A stretch of 63,892 bases of DNA from Octopus bimaculoides (lineage: Eukaryota): assembly GCF_001194135.2 (NCBI RefSeq), contig NC_068982.1, positions 1,451,677 through 1,515,568 on the forward strand, given 5' to 3'. Positions 1 to 13,224 of this stretch are shown piece by piece (within the stretch, counting starts at the first letter, position 1; the number at the start of each line of letters is the position of its first letter). Below the pieces are notes generated by a model. It worked only from the letters and a program-made list of their open reading frames with translations, ran no database searches and was not told where the DNA came from. The translations under genes and the position numbers were made by a program.

Positions 1-332
1 GTATGTATGTATGTGTGTGTATGTGTGTGTGTATGTGTGTGCATGTATGTGTGTATGTATGTATGTGTGTGTATGTGTGTGTGTATGTGTGTATGTATGT
101 ATGTGTGTATGTATGTATGTGTGTATGTATGTGTGTGTGTATGTATGTATGTATGTATGTGTGTGTATGTGTGTGTGTATGTGTGTGTGTATGTATGCGT
201 GTATGCATGTATGTATGTATGTATGTATGTATGTGTGTTTGTATGTATGTGTGTATGTATGTGTGTATGTATGTATGTATGTATGTATGCATGTGTGTTT
301 GTATGTATGTGAGTATGCATGTATGTATGTAT
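1..332. repeat. Compound (TATG)n/(TG)n microsatellite
   Basis: Direct reading; explains the three MYVC-type ORFs at 3-361. Confidence 0.97.
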
Positions 333-1498
333 ACACGCATATACTGCATCTCTTAAATTGAACACCTGAATAAATACAATGTGGTTCTCAGGAATATAAT
401 AAAACCAAAAGTCGTGCCATGCTTTCAACATTTGGTCTTAAAACTATGTCCTCGAAAGCCTGTGCTCTCTAGATTATCCAATAATCTCTATCAACTGATC
501 TTATCGTGCATATCTGACTTGCGGTAATATATTTCGACAAATCCATTAGGTACTCAGTAAACTTAGTAAAGGCTAATATTCTTCAAAATAGATTTCCTCT
601 TCGACTTCAGATTTGCATCAGCAATTCTCACACAACACAATTATGTCCTGAGATATTTATAACAGCGAGTAATAACAAAGAGAAACTAATCTTCATACAA
701 CGTTTTAATATGTTGTTAAGATGAGATAATTAGCATAACTTTGTTAATATCGGGTTTAAGAACATGCACAGGTACATTTAGTGTTAGTATTAGGGAAAAT
801 TACTGAATTTTATTTCGATCATTTGAAGTGATTCTAGCTTCAGAATATGGCTTCTCTCCGGAAAACTTATGGCATGTAAAAACGGCGGTATGCTATATAT
901 TCTTATAATCATTAAGAATTAGTAGATCCTGGTACAAATGTTTCGCTGATCGAATAGTTTTTAATCAGAAGCCACATCAATACAATTTGCTGTATCTTGG
1001 GGGTAAATTTTGTAGTTTTGTTGATAGTTTCGAAAAGTATGCAGAAAACCTCTTTACATGGTTGTTATGCAGTTGTTTTCTTTTGTTTGTTTCAAACATG
1101 AGTCAGATCTCGAAATACCTAAAGCTCATTTAATATATAAAATCTGTTCTTAAAAAGAAGAATTATGGCTTTCAGTTAAGTGTTTCTAGAAGCATAAAAT
1201 GAATAAGTAGCGATATTTTCATAACAGCAAGTGCAACACCTAAACATAGAATATGATATTTAAACGAACGCAAAGTTGTCGCATTAGAAATTGAAGCACC
1301 GCAAATATACAATGCAGTATATATTGCAGCTAACTGCATCTTGAGCTCACACCCAACGGAAATATAATTTGTTCCTGTGTTCTTAAAATAAAGTATAGGG
1401 AAGAAAGAGCAGTGGATTTCCTCAGCTGTTTTCTCCTCGAATCTCTAACTTTTCCTATGTATGTATGTATGTATGCATGTATTCATGTATGTATGTAT

Positions 1499-1656
1499 GG
1501 TGGGCTTCTTTGAGTTTGCCCTCCACCAAATCCACTCACAAGGCTTTGGTCGGCCCAGGATTATTGTAGAAAACATTTGTCCAAGGTTCGAAGCAGTGGG
1601 ACTGAACCGGGAACCATGTGGTTAGGATGCACACGTCTTACCGCACAGCCACGCCT
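1499..1656 (-). mobile_element. tRNA-derived SINE, family A, 5' head fragment
   Basis: Minus strand reads aggcgtggctgtgcggtaag...ggttcccggttcagtcccactg (pol III A/B-box-like head); near-identical to the head at 7050-7210. Abuts a (TATG)n tract at 1456-1498. Confidence 0.85.
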
Positions 1657-3120
1657 ATATATATATANNNNNNNNNNNNNNNNNNNNNNNNNNNNNNNNN
1701 NNNNNNNNNNNNNNNNNNNNNNNNNNNNNNNNNNNNNNNNNNNNNNNNNNNNNNNNNNNNNNNNNNNNNNNNNNNNNNNNNNNNNNNNNNNNNNNNNNNN
1801 NNNNNNNNNNNNNNNNNNNNNNNNNNNNNNNNNNNNNNNNNNNNNNNNNNNNNNNNNNNNNNNNNNNNNNNNNNNNNNNNNNNNNNNNNNNNNNNNNNNN
1901 NNNNNNNNNNNNNNNNNNNNNNNNNNNNNNNNNNNNNNNNNNNNNNNNNNNNTATAAGGAAGATAATATGTCATTTAAGAGAGGTGTGAATAGAATATTA
2001 AATTTTCAAATAAGAAATAAATACAAAATCTATAATAGCTATGCTAATTCTAATACATATATAAATTATACTTAAATATATTGTTCAAATCAAATCTAGA
2101 CCAATGTGCATTTAGAGTAGCCATAAATAGTTTTAAATTATACTCCAACGGAAGGTTAAGTCTGAAAAGAATAAATTAAACGTCTCATTTCAAATATTTT
2201 CAACTATCTCTACGTCGCTAAAGAGAATGTGACAATGAAGACTACAAGGTTAAAACGGAAGTGCCTTAGAATATGGAACATAGAGTGCGAAATAATTTTT
2301 AGGAGCAGTGATGAAAGCAAAGCAAAATGAAATGGACTCGAATCTAACTTTGAAAAAATTGCAATTATATATAAACAATCCGCAGAGAAAGATTTTTGTA
2401 TTCTAGGTTCATATTGTATAATTAAACACTTTTAATAAACCACATTAATAAAATATAACACCTTGAGAGAAATTAACTGATTAACTTGGGAATAAAAATG
2501 CTATGTTTTGCAAACAACTTGCACCTCAGTAGAAAGCTCTGAATACCGGAAGCCATCAAGTATATGAGGTCATCAGGAGAGAATGTGTGCCATTTCGGGG
2601 CCTACCTCTCGACGGCAGCAATACGCACCGGCCCCACTCATTGATATGAGGCCCTGCTTTCTAGATCAACTGGCTATTAAATAAAACTCAATATTCTTCT
2701 AGCCATTGCTCATCGTCTCTTTTTAGCCAAATCCAGCGGCTAGCCTTTTCCACTGTAGTTTCGATATTGGTCATGGTGGTATTTACTTTACGATGAGTTA
2801 GGCCTAACGATAACAGCAGTCACCTCATACTGTGTCCAACAAATCCTCTACATCCCTTTCCAGCCTTCGTCTTCACATTCCTCGACGAGGTTTACATAAC
2901 GGTCAATCTTTCGAGCCCGAGCAGCGTCCATGTTGTCTTCATGAGGAACCGTTAACTCGACTAGATTCACAACTTTCTTTCACACCACATTAAAATGTCC
3001 GTTTTTTTTCGTAACTGGGATGGGAGAGAGAGTCCCTGACACCCTGGTCAATCTGCAGTCACCTCCCAATAGCCCATGGAAGTTTCTTATTCTTCTTGAA
3101 ACAGATTCGCTGTCCTGAAC

Positions 3121-3160
3121 GCACGTTTTAGTTTCAAAGCTGCGGTCATGCTGGGGCGTC
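3121..3160 (-). mobile_element. Isolated SINE/LINE 3' tail fragment
   Basis: Minus strand gccccagcatgaccgcagctttgaaactaaaacg matches the ccccagcatggccgcag...gaaac tail found at other SINE copies in this window. Confidence 0.6.
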
Positions 3161-3240
3161 ATAGCAAATGCTGTAAATAAAGCCCGTAAATAATGATAAC
3201 AAAAAATACAACAAACACAAATATTGGTTTCAAATTTAGC

Positions 3241-3438
3241 ACGAGACCAGCAATTTCGGAGGGTGGGGTTAATTCGAATACATCGACCCCAGTGCTCAAC
3301 TGGTACTTATTTTATGGAGCCAGAACGGATGAAGGACAAAGTCGACCTCGCCAGAATTTGAACTCAGAATGTAAAGACGGTAGAAATGCCACCAAGCATT
3401 TTCCCCGGTGTGCTACCGATTCTGCCAGCTCGCCGTCC
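3241..3438 (-). mobile_element. tRNA-derived SINE, family B
   Basis: Minus head ggcggcgagctggcagaatcggtagcac...ctgagttcaaattc followed by central ataagtaccag...ggggtcgat domain; second copy at 54466-54638. Confidence 0.85.
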
Positions 3439-3875
3439 TATTAAACACTATATGTTGAAAATATACATCAACAGTAAATATTCTGTACAAAGAAAGAATG
3501 TAACTAACGTAAATAGCAAAAGATAATTCAATTGAACCGTAACATACCTGGAAAGAACTATGACAAGAATATTTCTGTTTTGGTCGTGAAAAGATTTGAC
3601 TGGACTGAATGGATGTCGATGAAGGCAAGAACACAAATTTCGTTTGAGATACTAAATACAAAAATATTTTTATCGCCAACAAAATTTATGTATTGTTGTT
3701 ACTAGTAACGGCAGAAAATACAGCAATTAAATAGTCCAACGATTTGTATGAGATACTATTACGACCGAGAATGACAGAATGAGAGGAGCTTGTGTAGTGG
3801 CTTGAGAGGCGTATGTCACCACTGGAACAATTTTGTAGATTCTAGCATTTAGGTGGTTTAGCTGTGTCGTCGTTG

Positions 3876-3912
3876 TCATCATCATCATCATCATCACCAT
3901 CATCATCATCAT
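3876..3912. repeat. (CAT)n microsatellite
   Basis: Direct reading; source of the poly-D/poly-S/poly-M ORFs at 3727-4102. Confidence 0.9.
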
Positions 3913-4189
3913 TATGGACTGATGTTGATGCTACAGCCACATTGCCGTTATTGTCGTCGTGTTGCCCTAAACATTGCAGCAATGTTTCTGGCCGGGTGAC
4001 GGATACATTGAGTGCTACTGGAAAGTGTCTTCTATTTATAGTGTAAACTTCAGCCATTGAAACAAGCGCGAAAAAGCAACTTACTGAGAATTTGTTCTCC
4101 AAGATAGTCGAGTAGCCATTTCCTTACTGACATCATCAGCAACTGAGCGAATCACATTCCTCTTGATACAGGGATCTTTACTAGAGATC

Positions 4190-4356
4190 TGATTGGTCAG
4201 CCGTGTGCTAACGTCATCAATCTCTTAGAAATATCCTGCTTGGTGAAACGTAACAATCCGGTTTCAACTCCTAGGTGTTTTGGTCTGCCAAACATTTCTC
4301 CTACAGACTCAGTCAGAAAATAAAGCAAATATCGCTCCATTTGATCACCAGTGAGT
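4190..4356 (+). promoter_or_regulatory. Possible promoter and non-coding first exon (CCAAT box, CRE half-site, GTGAGT donor)
   Basis: ctgATTGGtcag at ~4191-4200, ACGTCA at ~4211, unique CpG-containing DNA, and CCA|GTGAGT donor-like site at 4350/4351. Motif evidence only. Confidence 0.25.
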
Positions 4357-5004
4357 ATAAAATCGATATAAGTAATGTAAATATAATCTAAAGCTGGAAG
4401 AAGGAAAATATTAGAATCATCATATATTAATATAGAACAATGAAATACCCACAAAAATATTAAACTGATAAATTGGTAGCAATGATGATGAACAGAATCT
4501 GGGCTGCTACAGACAGTCTGGAAACATATACGAACAATATTAAAAGCACATTATTAAATTAACTAATATATGTAGAAACCACACAAGCAATACTCGAGAC
4601 TTAGATATATCATCGAATCGTTTCGTACGGAAACATCATAGAAAACTAACAACGTGAACAATAACTTATAGGGAATGAAAGAAAATGAAAAAAAAAATGT
4701 CTGAAAACTTAATGAGATTTACAACCAAAAACATGGGGAAATAATAAGAAAAACAATAAAGAACTAAAATCAGAGAACACTAAGGATAAGCGTTCCTTAC
4801 TCAATAGTAAATGAATCAGTCATTATAAAATATAGAATTCCTCTATTCGAAAAAAAAAAGGCATGTTTGCCAAGGAAAAACTACATAAAAAGCAATAGAT
4901 CACCAATGGCACCGAAAGAATAAATGATTGGGAAGAAGTATATTTACATTTAAAATGAGAATATCAGGAAATAATGTGTCATTTGTAATTCAATAAATAG
5001 TTTG

Positions 5005-5290
5005 AAGCAACTCGTATTAAGTATCGAAAGCGTAAATTTCGCTCTGATGGACCCGTTGCAAGAACCACAGGCAGCAGCTGGAGCCGTTCGGTTACCGAGC
5101 GGCATCCAAGAAATCGGAAAAAGACCTCTGAGAAGTTCTAGCAAAACGGTGAGATGTATTGGCGAAACAGTATGCGCCAACATAGAAAAGGATGGTGCAA
5201 TGAAGAAAGAATTAAAAGCGCATTGCGACCAGATGGTGTATAGCATCATCTTATAATTTGGTCGATACTGGTGATAGAAGTTATATAGCT
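5005..5290 (+). mobile_element. RTE-clade LINE 3' end fragment
   Basis: An alternative frame reads IKYRKRKFRSDGPVARTTGSSWSRSVTERHPRNRKK...MYWRN, resembling the RTE C-terminal GHVAR..RW...PR motif; contains a stop. Confidence 0.6.
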
Positions 5291-6429
5291 GACACACAAA
5301 CACGCACGTACACGCGCGCTCACGCACACACACGCATATTAATCAGCGACTACAGTGGACGTATAATGTACTTACAACCACCATAACATTTACTTATTCT
5401 GCTAATAGTAAGCGCTCTAGCTATCTCAGGTACTGATCAGTTCAAAAACCATTACGTCCAGTGAAAGGGACAGGTGTTTAGCCTCGTTTTGAGGTATTGT
5501 AATAGAAAATTGTTTGTTAAAATAAAAAGGCTACCATGATGTGTTAAAAGATTTGTGACTCACAGTTTCAAAATCTACGCAAGAAACGTTTCCTTTTTTC
5601 TGTGACATTTTGTTTTTATTACATCTCGATAAAAAGTCTTATTCAGAGGAATCTAATTCTGCAGATCTCTTGAAAATTTTAGAGTAGTAAAATGCGTCTG
5701 AACGTGACTGATTGTTCGGCCTAATTTCATCTTAAATCCATAAAGTCTCTACAATTTTTTGAACACATTTCGTAAACTTATGCTTATTTGAGTGATCAAA
5801 ATGAAAGAAGTCTATTTTTGTTAAAATGGCGAGGGAGAAAAAAATACTTTGTCTAATTGGAAAGCAACTAACACCTGATATTGGCTTTAAATTATATATA
5901 AAAAAGCAAAAACAACTTTAGTATACTTCAGCTCGCTTTATAGATATAAATGAGGAAAATAAATCTAATAGCAACAACTGGCAGGATAGAAAATTGACAG
6001 GGTAGAAAGTCTGAAGAATGAATCAGAAAAATCTTATGAAGAATGAATCAGGATGAATGAATGATCACTAACAAATTTAGTAACATGGAAAGCTTTGTAA
6101 CTAAACTTAAGTTCTAAAGTAGTATTTTATATCAAAGTAACCAATTATTTATTCTGGCAGAAATATCCAAAATTACAAAAAGATAGTAAATATTCAAAAC
6201 GACATGAACATACTCTGAAATTTGATACATTAATGGAATTGAGCATTAAAAATTTACCATTGCAGAATTTATGACATAAAAAGTTATTTCTTATATTTAA
6301 ATGATTTTAGAAATGATTATTTGTATTTGAATATTAATGAAACAAAAAACGTCAATATATTAAAGAAAAATATCGAAAATTTAGTATAAATTATATTTGC
6401 TGTTGCTAATTTGTTATTTAAAATGTAAA

Positions 6430-6710
6430 TTCATTGCTGGTTACTATTAGCGTTCCATTGCATATTGTATTATTCACCTCCTCATCATTATATCTGGATC
6501 AGAAAGGGCTGTAAAGGACACGCTTAGCACTATCATATGACAACATCCAAGTTATCATAAAGGTGACCTTCTGATGCTAGTTTTGTCATACTGCGTTCGA
6601 AGTATATCTCCAGAGTTTGGATGAAATGAGATCGGTTTTGTCTGAAACTTGTCAACTCATATTTGCTGTCGTACTTTCTGACTGGCGCCATTTAATTTAT
6701 TCTTTATTCG
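6430..6710 (-). mobile_element. Highly decayed LINE (RTE-like) fragment
   Basis: Minus strand DPDI / EEVNNTICNG resembles the PDI..EEV..AI...KNGKA linker before RT; many stops. Confidence 0.3.
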
Positions 6711-6814
6711 CATTTTTTCCTTCATTTCGGCTTCATCATTGACATTTTTCATACAATTTATTTTTTTCAGTAAATAAAATTTACTGCTTGAATATATATT
6801 TAATGTTTTCTCTG

Positions 6815-7210
6815 TTTCACTCAGACTACGGCCATGCTGGGGCAGAGCCATCGAAAATTTTGGTAGAATTAATCGACTACAGAACCTATTTTTGTTTTTT
6901 AAAAAGCATGATATTTATTCTATCATTCTCTTTTGTCGAACCGCTAATTTACAGGGACGTAAAGAGACACCAGTATCGGTTAAGTGATGATGGAGTCAAA
7001 GGAAAAGACACACACACACAGATATAGACACAGACACACACACATATACTCACAACGGGCTTCTTTCAGTTTTCTTGCACCAAATCCACAAACAAGGATT
7101 TTGCCAGCTTGTGGTTATTGTAGAAGACGTTTGCCCAAAGTGGCACGCAGTGGGACTGAACCCGGAACCATGTGGTCGAGAAGCAAACTTCTTACCAAAC
7201 AACCACGCCT
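6815..7210 (-). mobile_element. tRNA-derived SINE family A, near full length, with internal (GT)n
   Basis: Head at 7210 (aggcgtggttgtttggtaag...ggttccgggttcagtccc), internal microsatellite ~7008-7050, central domain, and tail ccccagcatggccgtagtctgagtgaa at ~6845-6818. Confidence 0.88.
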
Positions 7211-7234
7211 ACGCCTATACTTCTTTTTCATCGA

Positions 7235-7830
7235 GGCATCAGGCAGTCAGGCTGATTACTCGGGCCAACCTGACTACCTCTCTCCATCCCTCTCGATTTC
7301 CCTTAGTGTTTTAGGTCTTCAGCTTGGCACCCAACATTTACAAGCTGTTGTATATACGTCTTCCGTGGTCCTCCGGCCGCTGTGGTACCATGATTTAGTG
7401 TCTACAGCAACGTATTACTCACAAGTTCTTCTTTACTTCTCAATCTCTGCTCTTGGATGGCTGATGAGAAAGTTGCTACATTCCCATATAACCGTTGGTT
7501 TGTTGGGTACCCCCTCCAAGAGGTGTTGAGTACTGCACGTAACATTCTGGTGGAGGCACCGTCCAGCATGCACCTGAGTCTCTAGGTGAGGGTCCAAGTC
7601 AGAGATCCATATACAAGCACAGATTCAACAACTGCTCTGATGACCTGTCTCTTCAATTTATCTGGTAGGGTTGACTTCCATATTGTTCTAAGACCGTCTA
7701 TAGCTGCCCAAGCCTTAGCGACACGAGATTTAATATCTTTTTCAGTGGATATGATATTACTGCCGAGGTACGTAAACTCGCTGACATTTTTCAAGGGCTT
7801 CTGTTTGATGGTCCTGATTTCACCTGTTCT
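7235..7830 (-). mobile_element. 5'-truncated RTE-clade LINE (RT C-terminus to 3' end)
   Basis: ORF 7582-7794(-) KNVSEFTYLGSNIISTEKDIKSRVAKAWAAIDGLRTIWKS...VESVLVYGSLTWTLT is a typical RTE thumb/post-RT region; frameshifted downstream. Confidence 0.88.
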
Positions 7831-7873
7831 TCAGAGCAGTTGTTGAATCTGTGCTTGTATATGGATCTCTGAC
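7831..7873 (+). repeat. 43 bp perfect inverted copy of 7598-7640
   Basis: tcagagcagttgttgaatctgtgcttgtatatggatctctgac is the exact reverse complement of 7598-7640 (checked base by base). Confidence 0.95.
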
Positions 7874-9070
7874 CACATTTTATGATGATGTCCGTTATCA
7901 GAAGTAAATCTTAAAGCTTACCCTTCTCTAGTGCTTTACCAGACAAAATTAATTAAATATTATCTATTGATGCAGCTACATGAGATAGTAATATGTCTTG
8001 TATAGATCTGGAAGAAACCACCATTTTTGTGGCCTCTCAACATCAATATCATAGACTATATATCCTACATATCCTTCACAAATAACACGGTGCTCATCCA
8101 TAATATTAAGGTGATCCCCACCCAAAGGATTTTTTCGGATCATAACGTAGAAGAGTTAATAGTATATATGTCCAAAGAAAATTGCAGACATGCTGTCTAC
8201 TAGCAGTATCTGACTCCTATCCAATACAGGAATATACCAAAACTCGGTTACTACGGTTACTAGACAGTAATGTTACATGTCTCAACGAAATACATGTTCA
8301 CCTATCTTGTCTTTGGGGATAGAATTTTCCTGAATACGTTTCACTGTTATTTATTGCAGCATCTCAAAAAACGCAATGCCATAATTATAATAATGTTATA
8401 GCATTCTGTATTACATTTGAGTTTAATTTTATGCTTCTGATCGTGAAACACTATTTTTTAAATAATATTGATCTCCAATTAAGTAGAGGAAGATTTACTA
8501 ATTAATAGTTTTCTTATCATGTATAATAATCATTAATTTCTTGTTGGTAAAGTCGTTAAACACCAAGTTCAACTTTGATCCGTAATGTGTTAAATGAAAA
8601 TGAAATTATAAATTACAGATTAGAGCAAGTCTAGTTTATTTAGTTTATATTGTAATGATGTTTTTTTATCCTCAATATTGTTAATGTCTGACGAATAAAT
8701 GGGAAATACAGAACGCTAATATTTGGTGAAAAAAAATTGAATATATATTATCACCGTTTTACAGGAAAAAGGATAGATTTTGAAGCTTCTGTAAAATATT
8801 ATTTAAAAAGTATTAAAAGGACGTGGAAGTTGAAGTTTTGTTCGACAACAATTACATAATAGCAATATCTATGTTGGTGAGTCAGCTGAATATTGGGAGC
8901 AACAGGACACTCTAAACATACACTCACAGCACATAGAGATACACGGGCACACACACACACGCATGCTTAAATAAAGTTAGAAATTTTCAACGCCATTGTA
9001 TACTTATGTATGTATTCATACTCATACATTCATACGCACATACACACGCATATTATATAAATACATGCTG

Positions 9071-9138
<68 letters not shown>
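9071..9138. repeat. (GT)n microsatellite
   Basis: Direct reading. Confidence 0.97.
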
Positions 9139-9142
<4 letters not shown>

Positions 9143-9869
9143 ATAAATATATAAAGACAGTGACACACAGATGTGAATAGCTCACACATGATACACTCAC
9201 ACGAACACATACTTCTGTACATACAAACACAGAATGTCTGTCTATAATGTTATCCAGAATAACATTGTTAATAATGTGATATGAGCGTTTGATCTTTTGA
9301 AGCGTCGACTGGAGAAGACTTCTTTACGGATAGATCAAAAGAAACAGCTGATATACCAACGAGTATGAGAGAATATGATTCGGCGTTTGTAACTCTCTTC
9401 AGAAAATAATGACATCATTAACTCTAAAGGTGTAACGTTTGACTCTGTCAATTCCAGAATCTGGATATATTTAATAGTAAATAACTTCACTAAAAAAGAG
9501 ACAATTATGAGATGAAAAACATTACTTTGAATTTAAAAGCACATTCTCATTTACTTTAACAGTTTTGACCTCGTATTTAAGGTTCATTGCGGGATGTTCA
9601 AGCATTAGATCTAACATATTTCTAATAATGAAGTGATTATTTTTGTAATGAGAAAGTGAGAATTGGAAAATAGAACGCTTGTGATTTATCTATTCATTTG
9701 CGTTGCTATTATTCTATACCCGTATAAACATTCTTCTAACTATGCACATCGGTACATACATACGCATGTTATATGCATATGTATATATGTATTTACATGT
9801 ACGCGCCTGTAAAAATACAAACACACAAAAATAAAGTTAGCCGCCACACCAGCAGACATTAGAAGACTA

Positions 9870-10320
9870 CTGATGGCTTCTATAACCGAAGTGCGTTTTC
9901 TATGGCCACAAGGTAAATTTATATAAAAAGGTGGATGGGGCAGCCATGTATGTCCTCTTAGAACTTACGTTTGTTACATTCTTTCTATCCACAATAGACA
10001 GCAGAATAATACCGTTTTGGTATATTCTGCACCTGATACGTAGACAATATATTAGTTGTCATGGAAACATTAAATGATGCGAAACTAAAGAAATACATGA
10101 AACAAATTCGTACTAAAATTTAATATCCAAAATATTGCACATGAGATTCCGTTTTTAGACATAAACATAGTGATCAACAAAGAGAAAAACCCCAGATAAA
10201 TTGCATTGATATACACCAAAGAATCAAAGAAATGCTTCTACTTCCATGGAGACCGTGAATGCCCACACAGTTCTGTCACTGATACTACAAAAGACTTATA
10301 CGGAAATACTTTAATAAAAT
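9870..10320 (+). mobile_element. Penelope-like element RT fragment (decayed)
   Basis: KVDGAAM...TFVTFFLS (cf. QxDGxAMGSPLGPxFANxF), atacgtagacaatata (YVDDI-like) and EIPFLDINI...IYTKE (cf. LPFLD..I...YRKPT), with frameshifts. Confidence 0.65.
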
Positions 10321-10529
10321 TTTTAACAAAAGAGATAAAGCAGGACCATAGTCGTGTGTTTATGTGTGCTCAATAAAACAGATCTAATTCAGTCATGTCA
10401 CTCTCTCTCCTTTCCCCACCACACACAAATATATATATATATATACCCCCCCCACACACACACACTGTATCTGAAATTGAGACTAGTAAACTCTTATATT
10501 ATGCTAATGGTCCTCTACGAGGAGAAATA

Positions 10530-10915
10530 TGGACAAAGATCACAGCTATGGTGAAAATGAAAACTTTGAAATATGGATCCTTGGCAGAGTGGGCAGGAGG
10601 CTGGAAAGACAGAGTAAGAAATGCTGCAGTAGCAGAAAAGCTAAAAGTAAAAAGACGGCTTCTGTTGAGAGTCAAGTCCAAAAGACGATCATTTTCTGGA
10701 TATACAATGAGCTACAAGTCACAGGCGAAGATCATTCAGCAGGAAGTGCTCAGAGGAAGAAAATAATTGTCCGGCGGAAACGTTTGTGGAGTGACGACAT
10801 CAAAGAATGGACTGAAACCAGAAGCCTCGCCGATTACAGGATTACCTCACAGCGCACACAGGAGTCTTGGGATGCCTACTAAGCAAGCAGAGACGGTATC
10901 TGGCTGATGATTGAT
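10530..10915 (+). mobile_element. RTE-clade LINE 3' end fragment
   Basis: WKDRVRN...KIIQQEVLRGR / RRKRLWSDDIKEWT matches the RTE C-terminal ILQG.VEG.R.RGR....W.DNIKEWT motif across a frameshift. Confidence 0.8.
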
Positions 10916-11479
10916 ACTGTATGCATATATATATGTCTATCTATTTTTGCACGGGCATCAAGTCTTCTCTTGATATTACAGCTGTAGTATTCAGAGCGGG
11001 AATATGCTCTTTCATTTATAATACCAGCGATAACCAGAGAATTAGCCTTCTTTGTTATTAAAGATTACTGCGAAAGTCATCGGAGGTCTTCGGACTCTGC
11101 TTGAACTCCAAGAAATTCCTGTTGGTGACCTGGGACCCACACGCCAGCATAGTCAATTAATAGCGGTCAAAGGGCGACACTCCCTTGTTGTTGACAGAGT
11201 ATCAAATTCTTTTCGTCCTCCATTTTCTAGCGAGGCCACTTGCTAGAGAAGCCATAGGCCAAAGGGCTTTAGGGTCCGAAGAAACGCGCACACACATATA
11301 CTTAGATAGATATAGATATTATACGCATGAATATATGCATTATGTTACATATGGCTATTATATATGTTAAAATATATATACTATATATAGTATATATATT
11401 TTAACATATATCATTTTTCATGTAATCAAGTAACATGTATTGCACCTACAGAGACATTGCTTTGTAGGTATAAAAGACG

Positions 11480-12240
11480 CAGAAACACACATACCAATGT
11501 ATGCTGTATTCTGTGCAGACAGAAAGAGGTTATGATGGAGTTGCATTGTACATCCGTGAAGATGTCACTCCACTAATCCTGTTGCCACAATCAAACTCGG
11601 TCTGTAGCACACTCATAGTGCATTTAATGCAACTTGGTGTGGTAATATGTATCGCCCACTTGATGCCTTAAATCATGATGGTGAATTTGAAGAAAGTCTT
11701 ACAAGAAGTACTAATAAAACTGAATCAAAGTGTTAAGATTATTCTGATGGGTGACTACAACTTTCCCACATAATCTCAGGAAGGACATTCAAAGAGCGTA
11801 ACCAAGCAGAATCTCTACTTCACTTCACAAAAATGCTGTTAATGGAGCAAACAATACACTCCCCAACCAGGAATGATAAAATATTAGACCTCCGTTTCGC
11901 CAACAATGTAGATAACACCGACAATCTTCTCATACCACGTAGTAGAACTGACGATGTATGGTCCAAAACCAATTAATGATGTATTCCACACAGACGGCAC
12001 TCGAACCCTGTCTAGTCTGAACTGTTACAAGGCTGACTGGGAGTCAATTGAAAAACGGATAATCCAGCAAAATTGGCCTAAAAATCTCTCTATGCAAAAC
12101 ATTGAGGTGGACCATAAAGAATTCGAGTCAATAATGCGAGCCATATGCGTTAAATTTATCCCAGAGACCATATTTGTAAGTTTTTGCCACATACAAAAAG
12201 CGGTGGTCCAGTATGACCCCAGGCCCTTGCTGAACCCACT
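11480..12240 (+). mobile_element. CR1-like LINE, AP-endonuclease fragment
   Basis: Fragments read ILMGDYNFP and PTRNDKILDLRFANN (APE GDFN and TR...LDL motifs), then NCYKADWESI; broken by stops and frameshifts. Confidence 0.7.
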
Positions 12241-13224
12241 AAATGATAAGACATAAAAGATAAATAATATATATATATAAATATATATATANNNNNNNNN
12301 NNNNNNNNNNNNNNNNNNNNNNNNNNNNNNNNNNNNNNNNNNNNNNNNNNNNNNNNNNNNNNNNNNNNNNNNNNNNNNNNNNNNNNNNNNNNNNNNNNNN
12401 NNNNNNNNNNNNNNNNNNNNNNNNNNNNNNNNNNNNNNNNNNNNNNNNNNNNNNNNNNNNNNNNNNNNNNNNNNNNNNNNNNNNNNNNNNNNNNNNNNNN
12501 NNNNNNNNNNNNNNNNNNNNNNNNNNNNNNNNNNNNNNNNNNNNNNNNNNNNNNNNNNNNNNATATATATATATATACTTACACAGCCCTCCCCCCCCAC
12601 ACAAATATATGTATAGAAGCAGCGATGTGTGCGGAGTTGTGTGTGTTCCGCATGTCACTCCCAAAGACTACAAACGTCGCGTTCGTAAAACGGAAAGGAA
12701 ATGAGATATCAGTTTCTAAGGGGCCAAACAATTTCTATGGCCAAATAAATTTTACCCCTCTTTAACGAAAACTGAAAATAAAGAAACAGAATCAAAATTT
12801 TGCTATAAGGGTAACTCCAAAAACCAGTAAAATCCTCAGAATTAATCTTACAATTCAGCCTAAGTTTAAACGAAAGAGCAAAAATAAATAAATAAGAAAC
12901 AATCACGTGCGATTATTAAATTATAATAATGAGAAAAATTTTAAGTAAATTTTAAACATTATGGTGGTAATGAGTTAGAAAAGACCTCAATAGAGGAAAA
13001 TAATTCTAGAGGATTATATTCTTTAATCGTCCACACGCAGACATAACCATTGTAAATCTTGTCAGGGATCTCGATTTCTGCAATAAAACCAATTTCTAGA
13101 GTTAAAATTACGTTAGCAAACATAAATTTAGCTTCGAGATGCAAACATTCATTTGCTAAACAGCAATGTTATTATTATTTTCGCAGAGATTTCAATGCGT
13201 ATTGATTAAAGTATCATCTAAAAC

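Noticed and set aside
1-361. Long MYVC/CVCV ORFs (also 9022, 16478, 40030, 42088, 42536, 59094, 62707 regions)
   Set aside because: They are translations of (TATG)n/(GT)n/(CTAT)n microsatellites, which lack stops in some frames.
1170-1390. Minus-strand ~70-codon hydrophobic open frame after an acceptor-like site (MQLAAIYTALYICG...)
   Set aside because: No recognised homology, no donor before the stop; hydrophobic frames are expected in T-rich DNA.
3842-4102. 86 aa ORF with an acidic poly-D tail
   Set aside because: The poly-D comes from a (CAT)n microsatellite; no recognisable domain or splice support.
4197-4454. Minus ORF MERYLLYFLTESVGEMFGRPKHLG...
   Set aside because: No recognisable homology or splice sites on that strand; signals favour a + strand UTR, if anything.
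8765-8877. AG/GT-bounded 113 nt exon candidate ending in GTGAGT
   Set aside because: Stops in all three frames and no promoter context; insufficient support.
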